The notes below the pieces were generated by a model that worked only from the letters and a program-made list of their open reading frames with translations, ran no database searches and was not told where the DNA came from. This document shows, in pieces, positions 54,942-63,670 of a DNA stretch of 64,000 bases. The stretch comes from an uncultured Candidatus Berkelbacteria bacterium. GTDB lineage: Bacteria; Patescibacteriota; UBA1384; UBA12157. Numbering within the stretch: position 1 is the first letter of the stretch; every line of letters begins with the position of its first letter. The stretch is from assembly GCA_903877885.1 (NCBI GenBank), contig CAIRFN010000005.1, positions 17,956-81,955 of the forward strand. The letters are read 5' to 3'. A program made the position numbers and the translations under genes.

Positions 54942-55954
54942 ACAAGAAATTTATTTATTTAATTATTGGCATAGTAATTATCCTTTTCGGTCTGATTGTT
55001 TTAATCGCGATTACTGTAGCTAAACCAGTAGAAAGTTTAGTTAATCCAGATAAAGATGCCATTAGCTTATCTACCTTATCCTCCGACTCTCAATATCTTT
55101 TTTACTATGATCAAAAATCAAGTATTAAAAGATGGAATTTGCAAACAAACCAAGTTGAAGATTGGCTACAATTTCCTTTTTCCAAAATTGATAATATTAG
55201 TTATTCACCAGATAAAAGTTTGGCAATTGTTTATTGGAGTAACCCTAATGATGTCACCGATATTCATACTTGGTTAGTTGATTTAACTAATAAAAAAATT
55301 ATTAAAGAGATTAGTCAAAATATTTCCAATAGTGCTTGGTCACCTGATGGCGAACAATTAGTAACCCAATATTGGAATGAAAAACAAAACAAATTTGAAA
55401 TCGATCTATACCAAACTGATGGCACGAATCTTAAAAAAATCTCCGATGATGACGCCGGCGATATAAATCTGTTATGGCCAAATTCCAAAACTGTAATTTA
55501 TTTTCCAATGGCTTCCGAAGCCAGTCAAAACGATGTAAATGCAATTAATTTACAAACTTTAAAACAAACAACTATCTTACAAAATAAAGCTGTGATTAAT
55601 GCAAAAAATTTGATTGATCAAAACACCTTTATAGTCGATTTAATGTCTGATAATTTAATAACCGAAGAAGTGGCAAGTTACAATTTGTTAAATAATAAAT
55701 TATCAATCATTAAATCTGGAACAAACTTAAACAAAATTACTCCAATTTCAACCACGAATAATTTTTATGTTGCCATCAGACCAGATAAACAAACTACAGA
55801 TGATATTATTAAAATCAATTCCGATACCAATAAAACCGAAAATGTTCGAACCAAATTACCAGGTAAAATTGATGCCACAAATTTAGCTGTTTCGGCTGAC
55901 AATAAATATTTGTATTTTATATCAGATAAAAATTTCTATCGGTTAAAATTGTAA
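54938..55954 (+). CDS. Membrane-anchored beta-propeller protein (TolB/PD40-like repeats)
   Basis: N-terminal TM, then repeated SPDK/SPDG-containing blades (YSPDKSLAIVYWS, WSPDGEQLVT). Confidence 0.45.
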   Translation: MNKKFIYLIIGIVIILFGLIVLIAITVAKPVESLVNPDKDAISLSTLSSDSQYLFYYDQKSSIKRWNLQTNQVEDWLQFPFSKIDNISYSPDKSLAIVYWSNPNDVTDIHTWLVDLTNKKIIKEISQNISNSAWSPDGEQLVTQYWNEKQNKFEIDLYQTDGTNLKKISDDDAGDINLLWPNSKTVIYFPMASEASQNDVNAINLQTLKQTTILQNKAVINAKNLIDQNTFIVDLMSDNLITEEVASYNLLNNKLSIIKSGTNLNKITPISTTNNFYVAIRPDKQTTDDIIKINSDTNKTENVRTKLPGKIDATNLAVSADNKYLYFISDKNFYRLKL

Positions 55955-55966
55955 ATAGGAGACTAA

Positions 55967-56671
55967 ATGAAAAAAGGCTTATCAAAAATTATTATAATTA
56001 TCTTAATAACAATATTTGTATTGATTATTGTTGGTCTTTATTTTTATCTAGCTAAAAAACCTCAACCAAAACCAGTTTCTTCGCCAACTCAACTAACACA
56101 ATTAAATCAGTTGCCAATTGAAACCAATGATTTTAAAATTACTTATGATCCCGATCAAAATACTCTAACAATTACTCCAAATATTTTATTTGATTCAACT
56201 CAAACTCCCAGCGACTTTTTCAAAAAAAATTGGGATCAGTATAATACTGACGCGCATGTTGCCTTGAAATATCTTGAAGATCATCAACTTGGTAAAACTT
56301 TCCGGACTAACTTTGGGATTAAAATCGTGTGGTGGCAACAGGCCTGGTGGCCAGCCGGTAAGGGTAGCGATCTGCTCGACGGAGCGATTATTGCACCAGC
56401 GAGCGATTTATATCAAACCTTAGTCAATGAAACGAGCGATTACTCAATTAAACTGGCTAACCAACCTAATTATGATTTGGAAGTTGATTTATACGCGACT
56501 TTAAATGGTTCGGATAATCCTGAAGCTGACCAAATAAAATTACAAAATTATCTTGATGAACTAAAAGCTTTCAAAAAAGAGGTTTTTGATTATATTAAAT
56601 CAAAAAACCTTGATCTAACCAAAATCAGAATTTATTGGATTCCGAGCGATGCCAAGGATATTCAGATTTAA
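55967..56671 (+). CDS. Membrane-anchored hypothetical protein (234 aa)
   Basis: N-terminal TM IIIIILITIFVLIIVGLYFYL. Last gene of the co-directional operon. Confidence 0.4.
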   Translation: MKKGLSKIIIIILITIFVLIIVGLYFYLAKKPQPKPVSSPTQLTQLNQLPIETNDFKITYDPDQNTLTITPNILFDSTQTPSDFFKKNWDQYNTDAHVALKYLEDHQLGKTFRTNFGIKIVWWQQAWWPAGKGSDLLDGAIIAPASDLYQTLVNETSDYSIKLANQPNYDLEVDLYATLNGSDNPEADQIKLQNYLDELKAFKKEVFDYIKSKNLDLTKIRIYWIPSDAKDIQI

Positions 56672-56720
56672 AAAAGAGGCCTTGTAAGCCTCTTGGGGAT
56701 TGAAATTTATTTTTTATATT

Positions 56721-57584
56721 TTATTCGTCGGGGTTAAAATCAAATGAATAAGTTTTTTTTGTTATATTGTAAGTCAAACTAAAAAGTGGAACTGCAACCT
56801 TATATTTTTTGTATATAGTCAAGTCATTTAAAACAAAAGGGACTCCGATTTCATTTTTAATCCGCAATGGACTACTATGAATTGACCATTTAGATAGAGC
56901 GTAATATTTTAAATAATCTGAAAAATATTTCTTTGCAATTAATCTAGTAGCTGGGTCTATCTGTTGAATCAGATTGTTTATTTCAGTTTGATTTTTAGCT
57001 GCCATTAATTGATAACCAAAATTAATTATTCCAGGCACAAGATCTTGGTTTAAGGTTGCTAATACATCAGGTGTTAAAACAACCTTTTTTTGATTCTCGG
57101 CGAATTCACTCATTGGTAAATGGATCAATTTATAGGAAATCACATTCGGCCCATCCCAATGAGCATTTTCCACTGTATCCATTTTTAAACTCGCTACCTG
57201 GCAATATTTTTTTTCATAACCGACTAGCCAATAAATTATTTTTGTCAAAGGATCATATACGCCTAAATAGTCATGAAAATCACGCTGACTAACCTTCCCA
57301 TCATCCGGAATTTTATCAGCCACAATCATTAGCCAACCATCATCTGACCAGTCAAAACTAACAGTTTGAACCGCTGGCTCACAATTTTGCCTATCAAGCC
57401 AGGTAATTTGTTGCCAAATTTTACCTTTGTCGTAACTTATTTCCAATTTTTGACCATAATAAAGTTCATTCTGAACCAGCCGAGCCATTACCTGCGGCAT
57501 TTTTGGTGATGATACTGCTTTATCTTGCGCTACTATCGCAGTTGATAAAAACAGAAACACTAATACAATTGTCAAAGTACGCAT
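56721..57584 (-). CDS. Secreted hypothetical protein
   Basis: Signal peptide MRTLTIVLVFLFLSTAIVAQDKA. The start is trimmed to the ATG at 57584. The track extends to 57614. Confidence 0.45.
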   Translation of the reverse strand: MRTLTIVLVFLFLSTAIVAQDKAVSSPKMPQVMARLVQNELYYGQKLEISYDKGKIWQQITWLDRQNCEPAVQTVSFDWSDDGWLMIVADKIPDDGKVSQRDFHDYLGVYDPLTKIIYWLVGYEKKYCQVASLKMDTVENAHWDGPNVISYKLIHLPMSEFAENQKKVVLTPDVLATLNQDLVPGIINFGYQLMAAKNQTEINNLIQQIDPATRLIAKKYFSDYLKYYALSKWSIHSSPLRIKNEIGVPFVLNDLTIYKKYKVAVPLFSLTYNITKKTYSFDFNPDE

Positions 57585-57696
57585 CGAATTTCCTCCTAAG
57601 GATAAGTTGGTCATATTCTACATCATTAGACAATATTATTCAAGACATGATATGATAAAATTGAAAAATTATATTGATCTATTTTAGGAGGGGAAC

Positions 57697-60600
57697 ATGG
57701 CCGACGATAATATTAAATTTACCACTAAAACCAACCAAACCTTTGATGTTGAGGTTGAAAAAACCAAAAGTTCGACCGAAAAAACTGAATTAGGTACTAC
57801 TACTTCGACTGCTGGATCAGAAAATAATAGTGGAAAAGCTTCACCAAGTCAAACTGGATCGACTGAACAATCCTCTAAACCCGGTTCTACCCAATCCCAA
57901 CCACAAAATAATAATCAACCAGAAAATCAGCAAAATCAACAAGATCAGCAAAACCAAAAAAACAAAGAAGAAAAAGAAAAAGCTGATCAAAAAGATAAGG
58001 ATAAAGAAAAAGAAAAAGCCGAAAAAGAAGGCCAAGAACCAAAAGAAAAACCAGCCGAAGGTGAGAAACCTGGCGAACCAGGTCAACCAGCCGAAGGTAC
58101 TCCGGGCGAAGGTATCGGCAATGAACCAGCTGGTGTACCTGAAGGCGGATTACCAGAAGGAGCTGGCCCAGTTGGAACAGAAGCGGGGACAACCGGTTTA
58201 GGTGGTGAAGCGGCAGTCGGTGGCGAAGGCGCAGCCGCGGCTGGTGCTGAAGGAGCAGCCGTAGCCGAAGGTGCCGCTGTCGCCGAGGGAGCAGCAGTTA
58301 CTGAAGGCGTGGCTGTAGCCGAGGGAGCCGCGGTGGCTGCTGGCGCTACTGCCGGTGCGCCGGTTTTATTAATCGTTTTAGGAGTTTTAGTAGTTATTGT
58401 ATTGATTCTTTTGGTAATTTTTGGCGTCATGGCTTGCCAAGCCGATCAAGGCGAATTTGGCAAAGGAACCAAACAAGAAGCCGGACCAAATTATACCAAT
58501 ACCAAAACAGTCTTAGCTAGCGCCGGAACACCAGCTAAAAGCGCTCAAGGCAACACTGTTAGCGGTCAAAATAAAATTAATCTTAATGCCACTGATCAAA
58601 AATATATTGCTGCCGGTAGCACCGACAAACGGTTGATGGATGCCTTGCACTATGTTGACCAAAAACATCTAAGTCTTGGTGTTAGTCACGTTATTTCTGG
58701 CTATAACGGCTCGGCGAAAGTTAGTTACAATTCTAATACCTTGGCTTCCGAAATTGATGCCAAATATAGTCTATTTCATCCGGTAGGCATTAGCTATGCC
58801 GCGCTAGATTATTCAAACATTCCTGATTTAACCGAATCTGGCGCCTTGGACAATTCTCAAGTGACAGCCAATGTTTCGGCCCACCAAGAAGGTTTGGCAA
58901 TTGATATTTCTACGATTGATTTTGTCTATCACGACCACGAATATGATCCGCTCTGCCCAGATGGTTTTCCACCGTTTGACAAGGTTTGGTATAGCGACGG
59001 TAGTTCGGATTCTAGTGGTATTTTGGGTAGCTTAATTAATCCCGAGGGTTTAAAAGCTAATTTAGATAGTTTGACTTCGCAAATCACGAATTTAACTGCA
59101 TCTTTAAACGATTCAACTATTACCAAAATTTTAAATCAAGCTAATCCCGATCAAGCCAGCAATCTATTGAAAATCGTTCAAAATGCCAGTAAAAATAGTA
59201 ATGGCGATTTGGCTAGTATTAATAATATTTTCCAACAAAACAACGACTCTGTTAATGCTCTGCAAGCCCAAGTTGCTAAATACGCTGGCGCCATTAACGC
59301 CAGTTCTCAAGACCAAGCGACAAAAGATAAAGAAACTAACGCTCTAATTAAAATTCAAGCAATGGTTGAGTCTAATACTAGCCAATGGAGCCAAATCGGC
59401 AATGTGACTGGCATCCATACTGGTAGCATCCAACGAGATATTGATGATCTTAGTGATTTAGCTAATGGTCAATTCGACCCAAATCGCACTAATGATTTGA
59501 TTAACCACTTAACGAGCGATTTTAACAGTATTACCAATTTTAAGGGCATCAGTGGCTTAGGCCAAGCCAGCCAGTTGACTCAAAGTTTTGGTGATATTAC
59601 CAAATATCTAACCAACGGTAATAGTTCCGATGTTAATGCTATGGCCGATACTTTTAATAAATTTATTTCTGATCCTGGTATCAGTTCTGGTGGTCTTGGT
59701 TCAAGTTCTAAAAATTTCAACACAGTATTAAATGATTTGAGTAAAAATCCGAGTTTAAAAAGTTTAGCTAATTTGGATATTGCAAAGTTGGGAAACCTTG
59801 GTGATTTTGGTAAATTAACTAATCTGGCCAATTTGGATAATTTATCCAATCTCACTAAAATCGGCGGTTTAGGTAGTTTAAGTAGTTTGCCTGGTTTAAG
59901 CAATTTAAGTAATATTCCAGGTGTTAGTGGATTAATTAGTGGTCTAAGTGGGCTTTTGGGCGGCAATGAATTATTACGCATTCCCTGCTCCAGCTACAGC
60001 CCAGTACCAGATTCGAGTAACCAGTTGCCATCGATTCCCGGGTTAAGTCAAGCTCTTGGAACAGTTACTAATAGTTTAAACCAATTGAATAATGTGATGA
60101 ATACTTCAGTTATAGACGCCTTAAATAAAATTGATCCAACATTAACAAAACAACTTCAAAACTCGATTTCTCAAATAACTGGCATTGCCCCAGGTCAACA
60201 AGCGACCGATATCAATGCTATCACCAGCCAAAAACTGGCTTCTAACCTCTCGACTGTTAAAGATTTATTTAATAAAAATTCCGATACGGTTAATTTATTA
60301 CAAAAACAAGTCAGCCAAATTGCGTCGGCAATTAATCATTCCTCTCAAGATCAGAATACTAAAAATCAAGAAACTCAGGCTTTAGTTAAACTTCAAGCCA
60401 TGGTTGAAACTAATTCTAACCAATGGAATCAATTTATGTCTGATTCTGTTAACCAAAGAGGAATGATCGATCAAGACCTTAGTTTCATCAATTATGTCAC
60501 CGGCCAAAACTCGAATAAAGTCGATGCCAATACGGTTAAAGGTGTACTTGATCGAGCAATCAACGATATTCAAGCGACAAATTTTAATCAAAACAATAGT

Positions 60601-61437
60601 CAGGTTGCTCAAGCCAGAGATTTAAATACTGCCTTTAACGATATTACTAATCAGTTAAAAACAATTTTACCAACAAACGGTTCGACTAGTTTTAGCGCAA
60701 GCCAAGCCAATCAAATTGCTGATACATTTCAGAATTTCTTAAAATCAGATTCTAATCCAGCCACCGGCACTAAAAACTTCTCTAGCATCATGAATACTTT
60801 AAGTAAAAATCCTGATTTGAAAGCTTTAGCCAACTTGGATGTCAGTAAACTTGGTGATCTGGGAGATTTTGGCAATCTTAGTAAATTGGCAAATGTTGGC
60901 AATTTAAGCAGTCTCACAAATATTGGCGGCTTAGGCAGCCTTGGTAGTTTAACTGGTTTTTCTAAAATTGCTTCTAGCCTGGGTAATATTCCCGGATTAG
61001 GCAGTCTCTTTGGCGGTCTGACCGGCGGTACCAATACGACCTGGAACGGTTTGCCAGCCGTCGCTATTCCGATTCAAGTGGGTTGGCAAGATCGAAAACC
61101 ATCAGTCGGCTGGATCACTGGCGATTCCAGTAATTTGATTACCAATGCTATTACTAATGCTTTGGTTAATTATTTCGTTTATCAACCGGAAGCGCGTCGC
61201 AAAACCCATCAACTGGTTGGTGAATTATTACAATTTCCATATGATATGGTAGCAGCAAGTGGTAAATCTAGCGATAAATATAATTATCGCTTAAGCCAGA
61301 TTATTACTTACTCTGATGAACGCGATGTCAAACCATTTTGGGATAAATTAACCGATCTCTATGGTTTACCTCGCACATCAAATCTTGGTCTTTTTGCCAT
61401 GCCAGAAGCTTGGGATCATGTTCACATCGGATACTAA
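57697..61437 (+). CDS. Giant surface protein (1246 aa) with three regions: an acidic/low-complexity N-terminus with a Gly/Ala/Val/Glu repeat, a single TM, and two ~350-aa tandem repeat units
   Basis: RBS taggaggggaacATG. TM helix PVLLIVLGVLVVIVLILLVIFGVMA. Repeat units around aa 490-800 and 820-1110, e.g. ..NTVLNDLSKNPSLKSLANLDIAKLGNLGDFGKL.. vs ..SIMNTLSKNPDLKALANLDVSKLGDLGDFGNL.. Confidence 0.6.
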   Translation: MADDNIKFTTKTNQTFDVEVEKTKSSTEKTELGTTTSTAGSENNSGKASPSQTGSTEQSSKPGSTQSQPQNNNQPENQQNQQDQQNQKNKEEKEKADQKDKDKEKEKAEKEGQEPKEKPAEGEKPGEPGQPAEGTPGEGIGNEPAGVPEGGLPEGAGPVGTEAGTTGLGGEAAVGGEGAAAAGAEGAAVAEGAAVAEGAAVTEGVAVAEGAAVAAGATAGAPVLLIVLGVLVVIVLILLVIFGVMACQADQGEFGKGTKQEAGPNYTNTKTVLASAGTPAKSAQGNTVSGQNKINLNATDQKYIAAGSTDKRLMDALHYVDQKHLSLGVSHVISGYNGSAKVSYNSNTLASEIDAKYSLFHPVGISYAALDYSNIPDLTESGALDNSQVTANVSAHQEGLAIDISTIDFVYHDHEYDPLCPDGFPPFDKVWYSDGSSDSSGILGSLINPEGLKANLDSLTSQITNLTASLNDSTITKILNQANPDQASNLLKIVQNASKNSNGDLASINNIFQQNNDSVNALQAQVAKYAGAINASSQDQATKDKETNALIKIQAMVESNTSQWSQIGNVTGIHTGSIQRDIDDLSDLANGQFDPNRTNDLINHLTSDFNSITNFKGISGLGQASQLTQSFGDITKYLTNGNSSDVNAMADTFNKFISDPGISSGGLGSSSKNFNTVLNDLSKNPSLKSLANLDIAKLGNLGDFGKLTNLANLDNLSNLTKIGGLGSLSSLPGLSNLSNIPGVSGLISGLSGLLGGNELLRIPCSSYSPVPDSSNQLPSIPGLSQALGTVTNSLNQLNNVMNTSVIDALNKIDPTLTKQLQNSISQITGIAPGQQATDINAITSQKLASNLSTVKDLFNKNSDTVNLLQKQVSQIASAINHSSQDQNTKNQETQALVKLQAMVETNSNQWNQFMSDSVNQRGMIDQDLSFINYVTGQNSNKVDANTVKGVLDRAINDIQATNFNQNNSQVAQARDLNTAFNDITNQLKTILPTNGSTSFSASQANQIADTFQNFLKSDSNPATGTKNFSSIMNTLSKNPDLKALANLDVSKLGDLGDFGNLSKLANVGNLSSLTNIGGLGSLGSLTGFSKIASSLGNIPGLGSLFGGLTGGTNTTWNGLPAVAIPIQVGWQDRKPSVGWITGDSSNLITNAITNALVNYFVYQPEARRKTHQLVGELLQFPYDMVAASGKSSDKYNYRLSQIITYSDERDVKPFWDKLTDLYGLPRTSNLGLFAMPEAWDHVHIGY

Positions 61438-61460
61438 AAAGTAGACGGTATCCGACAATA

Positions 61461-61495
61461 AAGGACTGTCCTTCAACGCGCTAAAGGACAGTCCT
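61461..61495. repeat. REP-like palindromic element, copy 5
   Basis: aaggactgtcctt-caacgcgcta-aaggacagtcctt tttt. Followed by atacttgatactaaatcctaaatactagatac. Confidence 0.8.
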
Positions 61496-61540
61496 TTTTA
61501 AATACTTGATACTAAATCCTAAATACTAGATACTAATTTT

Positions 61541-61813
61541 ATGATGGATAAAATTAGTGGATTTTTAAGCCACAACTCAAAATATCAAAGGCTGTCCGGG
61601 CCGCTTCGCGCCGCTCAAGTTTGTGATACAGCACGCGAACTTGGCCTTAATCGTTTCGGCGTTGCAAGTTTCAAAGACGGGCTTCTAACGCTTACCGTCG
61701 AAAATTCCATGGCCGGGGCCAACTTGCAAATGGAAATACCAGAAATAATCCAATCTGTGAATACTAAAATTGGACAAGAGTTAGTCAAAAAAATTAGATT
61801 TAAAATTCAGTAG
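61541..61813 (+). CDS. DUF721-like small protein (DciA-like fold candidate)
   Basis: 90 aa. ..GLLTLTVENSMAGANLQMEIPEIIQSVNTKIGQELVKKIRFK.. resembles the DUF721 consensus. Low-certainty call. Confidence 0.4.
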   Translation: MMDKISGFLSHNSKYQRLSGPLRAAQVCDTARELGLNRFGVASFKDGLLTLTVENSMAGANLQMEIPEIIQSVNTKIGQELVKKIRFKIQ

Positions 61814-61823
61814 CTTTACCTAA

Positions 61824-61859
61824 AAGGACAGTCCTTCAGCGCGTTAAAGGACTGTCCTT
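61824..61859. repeat. REP-like palindromic element, copy 6
   Basis: aaggacagtcctt-cagcgcgtta-aaggactgtcctt t. Located between convergent genes. Confidence 0.8.
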
Positions 61860-61877
61860 TATTGTTTGTGATTTTTC

Positions 61878-62447
61878 TTAAAATATCTGCGGCAAATGCA
61901 TAAAGCTGGCAAAGATGTTCGGCAAAAACGAAACGAAATATAAAAATAACGAAATAAAAACACCGTAGAGCAAAACCCGAATTGACCAATTAAGGTAAAA
62001 CTTGCGCGGCACATTGGAATATTTGGTTAAATTATAGGTCTCTAAAATATAGGCATCATAAATTTTGTTCTCATTAGCCAAGGTATCCAAAACCTGTTTT
62101 TGATATTCGTCTTCGGATTTACCGCTGATTTGATGATGGTAAAACAGACTTTCACTCTGACCTTTTTTGGTCGCAAAATGACTTGGTTTCAAAGCCATTA
62201 AAGCAAAAAACATAGAAATAACTACAGATATTAAAGCAGCAATAAAAAATACGCTTTGAGCCCATTGGGCTTCAAAATTTGTGGCAAAAAAGACAATCAA
62301 AGCCGAGTTAAAACCAATCATAATATTGGTTCTTAAGTCCAACATATTGCGAATTTCAATCTGTTTATTTAAAATATCAGACACAAAAGTCACCCGCTCC
62401 AGAGCGCCCAATTCCCCATCCCATTTAATTTCTTCTTTAGTTTGCAT
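61878..62447 (-). CDS. Membrane protein (3 TM) with a cytoplasmic N-terminal domain. Function unknown
   Basis: Start trimmed to the ATG at 62447 after GGAGGGG. The track uses the GTG at 62462. Preceded by conserved leader copy B. Confidence 0.5.
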   Translation of the reverse strand: MQTKEEIKWDGELGALERVTFVSDILNKQIEIRNMLDLRTNIMIGFNSALIVFFATNFEAQWAQSVFFIAALISVVISMFFALMALKPSHFATKKGQSESLFYHHQISGKSEDEYQKQVLDTLANENKIYDAYILETYNLTKYSNVPRKFYLNWSIRVLLYGVFISLFLYFVSFLPNIFASFMHLPQIF

Positions 62448-62558
62448 CTTCCCCTCCGACACACATTAATTTAAAAATATGATAGTTTGTCGCCCTCCGA
62501 TACTCGCACTGTTCGTACACTACGAAGTAGGTTGAACAGTAAGAGTTTAGGATGGGCA
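62448..62558 (-). promoter_or_regulatory. Conserved ~115-nt 5' leader element, copy B
   Basis: The reverse complement aligns with 50402-50516 over gcccatcct...ttactgtNcaaccNactNcgtNgtgtacgNacagtgc...cggagggcgaca..ctatcatattttt..gtgtcggagggg. Confidence 0.5.
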
Positions 62559-62628
62559 AACAATAAAACACTTATTATATATTTATCATATCACAAACAT
62601 TTATCAAAACGTATTAGTTAAATTACTT

Positions 62629-62641
62629 AAGGACAGTCCTT
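62629..62641. repeat. REP-like single arm (aaggacagtcctt)
   Basis: A self-complementary 13-mer followed by tttt. Confidence 0.55.
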
Positions 62642-62656
62642 TTAGTTTCATAGATT

Positions 62657-63088
62657 TTAAATATCTTTCCCTTGCTGCCAAAGTAAATTAAAATAGTTCA
62701 AATATGTTTTAGCCAGAACTGGATTTTTAATTTCAATCACCGAAACTGGTTCATCGAAAATTTGCATCGCAATATAATCCTCAATCACCAACATGTTTGC
62801 CGGCGTTTCTAAATTAGTAGGAATAACTCGCACTTCGTAAAGTTCGTTGTTGTCTGATTTTCTCTTATCAACTTCGGAAACATGGTACTCAACCATTTTC
62901 ATCACAATATTTTTCTTTTTGCGAATCCGATCATAGCGATGTTGCTTACTTCCCATCAACTCATACCAGCGATCACCAATGACACCCAAGACATAAATCG
63001 TACTACCCTCTTTCATCCGACTGATATAATTCAAACTAAAATTTTGAAAACCTTCCAAACCTTCGTAAATCACGATCTCTTGTTTCAC
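62657..63088 (-). CDS. Hypothetical protein
   Basis: The ORF is open to 63148, but the first 20 codons lie in the foreign GC-rich fragment. Probable GTG start at 63088 (VKQEIVIYEG..). Confidence 0.35.
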   Translation of the reverse strand: MKQEIVIYEGLEGFQNFSLNYISRMKEGSTIYVLGVIGDRWYELMGSKQHRYDRIRKKKNIVMKMVEYHVSEVDKRKSDNNELYEVRVIPTNLETPANMLVIEDYIAMQIFDEPVSVIEIKNPVLAKTYLNYFNLLWQQGKDI

Positions 63089-63536
63089 TGCCGACCTGCA
63101 GACCGGGACGGTCTGCACCGAGGTAAATTTAGAAAAAAACCTCGGCAACCGTTTCGGCCTTTGGGCCTATGCGGCCCAGTCGGAGAATTGGGGCGAGGTT
63201 TACGCCGGCCCAAGTTACGCGCCAGCAAAAAATTTTCAAGTCGGCATCGCCGCCGGCACCGAATCCAACCAGCCCCGCGTCCGCTTCGGCGGCTTCGCGT
63301 GGATCGGAATGGGCCGTTTCTCTCTCATCGCATTAGGCGAGGACGGCGGATCGGGAACCTGGTGGAAGCTAGAGGGTAAATATACCCTCGATGCCAAAAC
63401 CAATATTGGCGTCATGGAAGACGCCAACAAAAAAACCAGTCTTCTTATCGAGCGCAAGCTCGACAATAGCTTAACGCTCCGCGGCCGTTTTTACGGCAAC
63501 GGAGCAGGCGATTTGGGATTAAAAATCGCCTTCTAG
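63069..63536 (+). pseudogene. GC-rich fragment encoding the C-terminal part of an outer-membrane beta-barrel-like protein (no start codon until Met63309). Likely a foreign gene remnant
   Basis: Frame open from 63069: ..NRFGLWAYAAQSENWGEVYAGPSYAPAKNFQVGIAAGTESNQPRVRFGGFAWIGMGRFSLIALGEDGGSGTWWKLEGKYTLDAKTNIGVMEDANKKTSLLIERKLDNSLTLRGRFYGNGAGDLGLKIAF*. The C-terminus shows the alternating-hydrophobic pattern ending in Phe. GC is very much higher than the flanks. Confidence 0.4.
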
Positions 63537-63544
63537 AAAATTAA

Positions 63545-63572
63545 CCCCGCATAGAAATGTGCGGGGTTTTTC
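63545..63572 (+). terminator. Rho-independent terminator of the GC-rich fragment
   Basis: ccccgcat-agaa-atgtgcgggg followed by ttttt. Confidence 0.7.
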
Positions 63573-63613
63573 GTATTCAAAAATTATATTTGCATGATTT
63601 AATCAAGAAGCTA

Positions 63614-63644
63614 TTGACATGTTCGCTATTTGTTCGTGTATAAT
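63614..63644 (+). promoter_or_regulatory. Promoter: TTGACA, 17-bp spacer, TGTATAAT
   Basis: ctattgacatgttcgctatttgttcgtgtataat. It drives the RhuM-family gene. Confidence 0.5.
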
Positions 63645-63670
63645 ATAATTATATAAAGAAAAGAGATCTC

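Noticed and set aside
57830-58430. Plus-strand 123-aa Lys-rich ORF and minus-strand 81/101/115-aa ORFs overlapping the start of the giant surface protein gene
   Set aside because: These are alternative-frame or antisense artefacts of the low-complexity (GAA/AAA and GCN-repeat) coding sequence of the 1246-aa gene.
62882-63379. 165-aa Arg/Pro-rich plus-strand ORF
   Set aside because: An off-frame read through the GC-rich foreign fragment. The in-frame OMP-like reading is far more protein-like.
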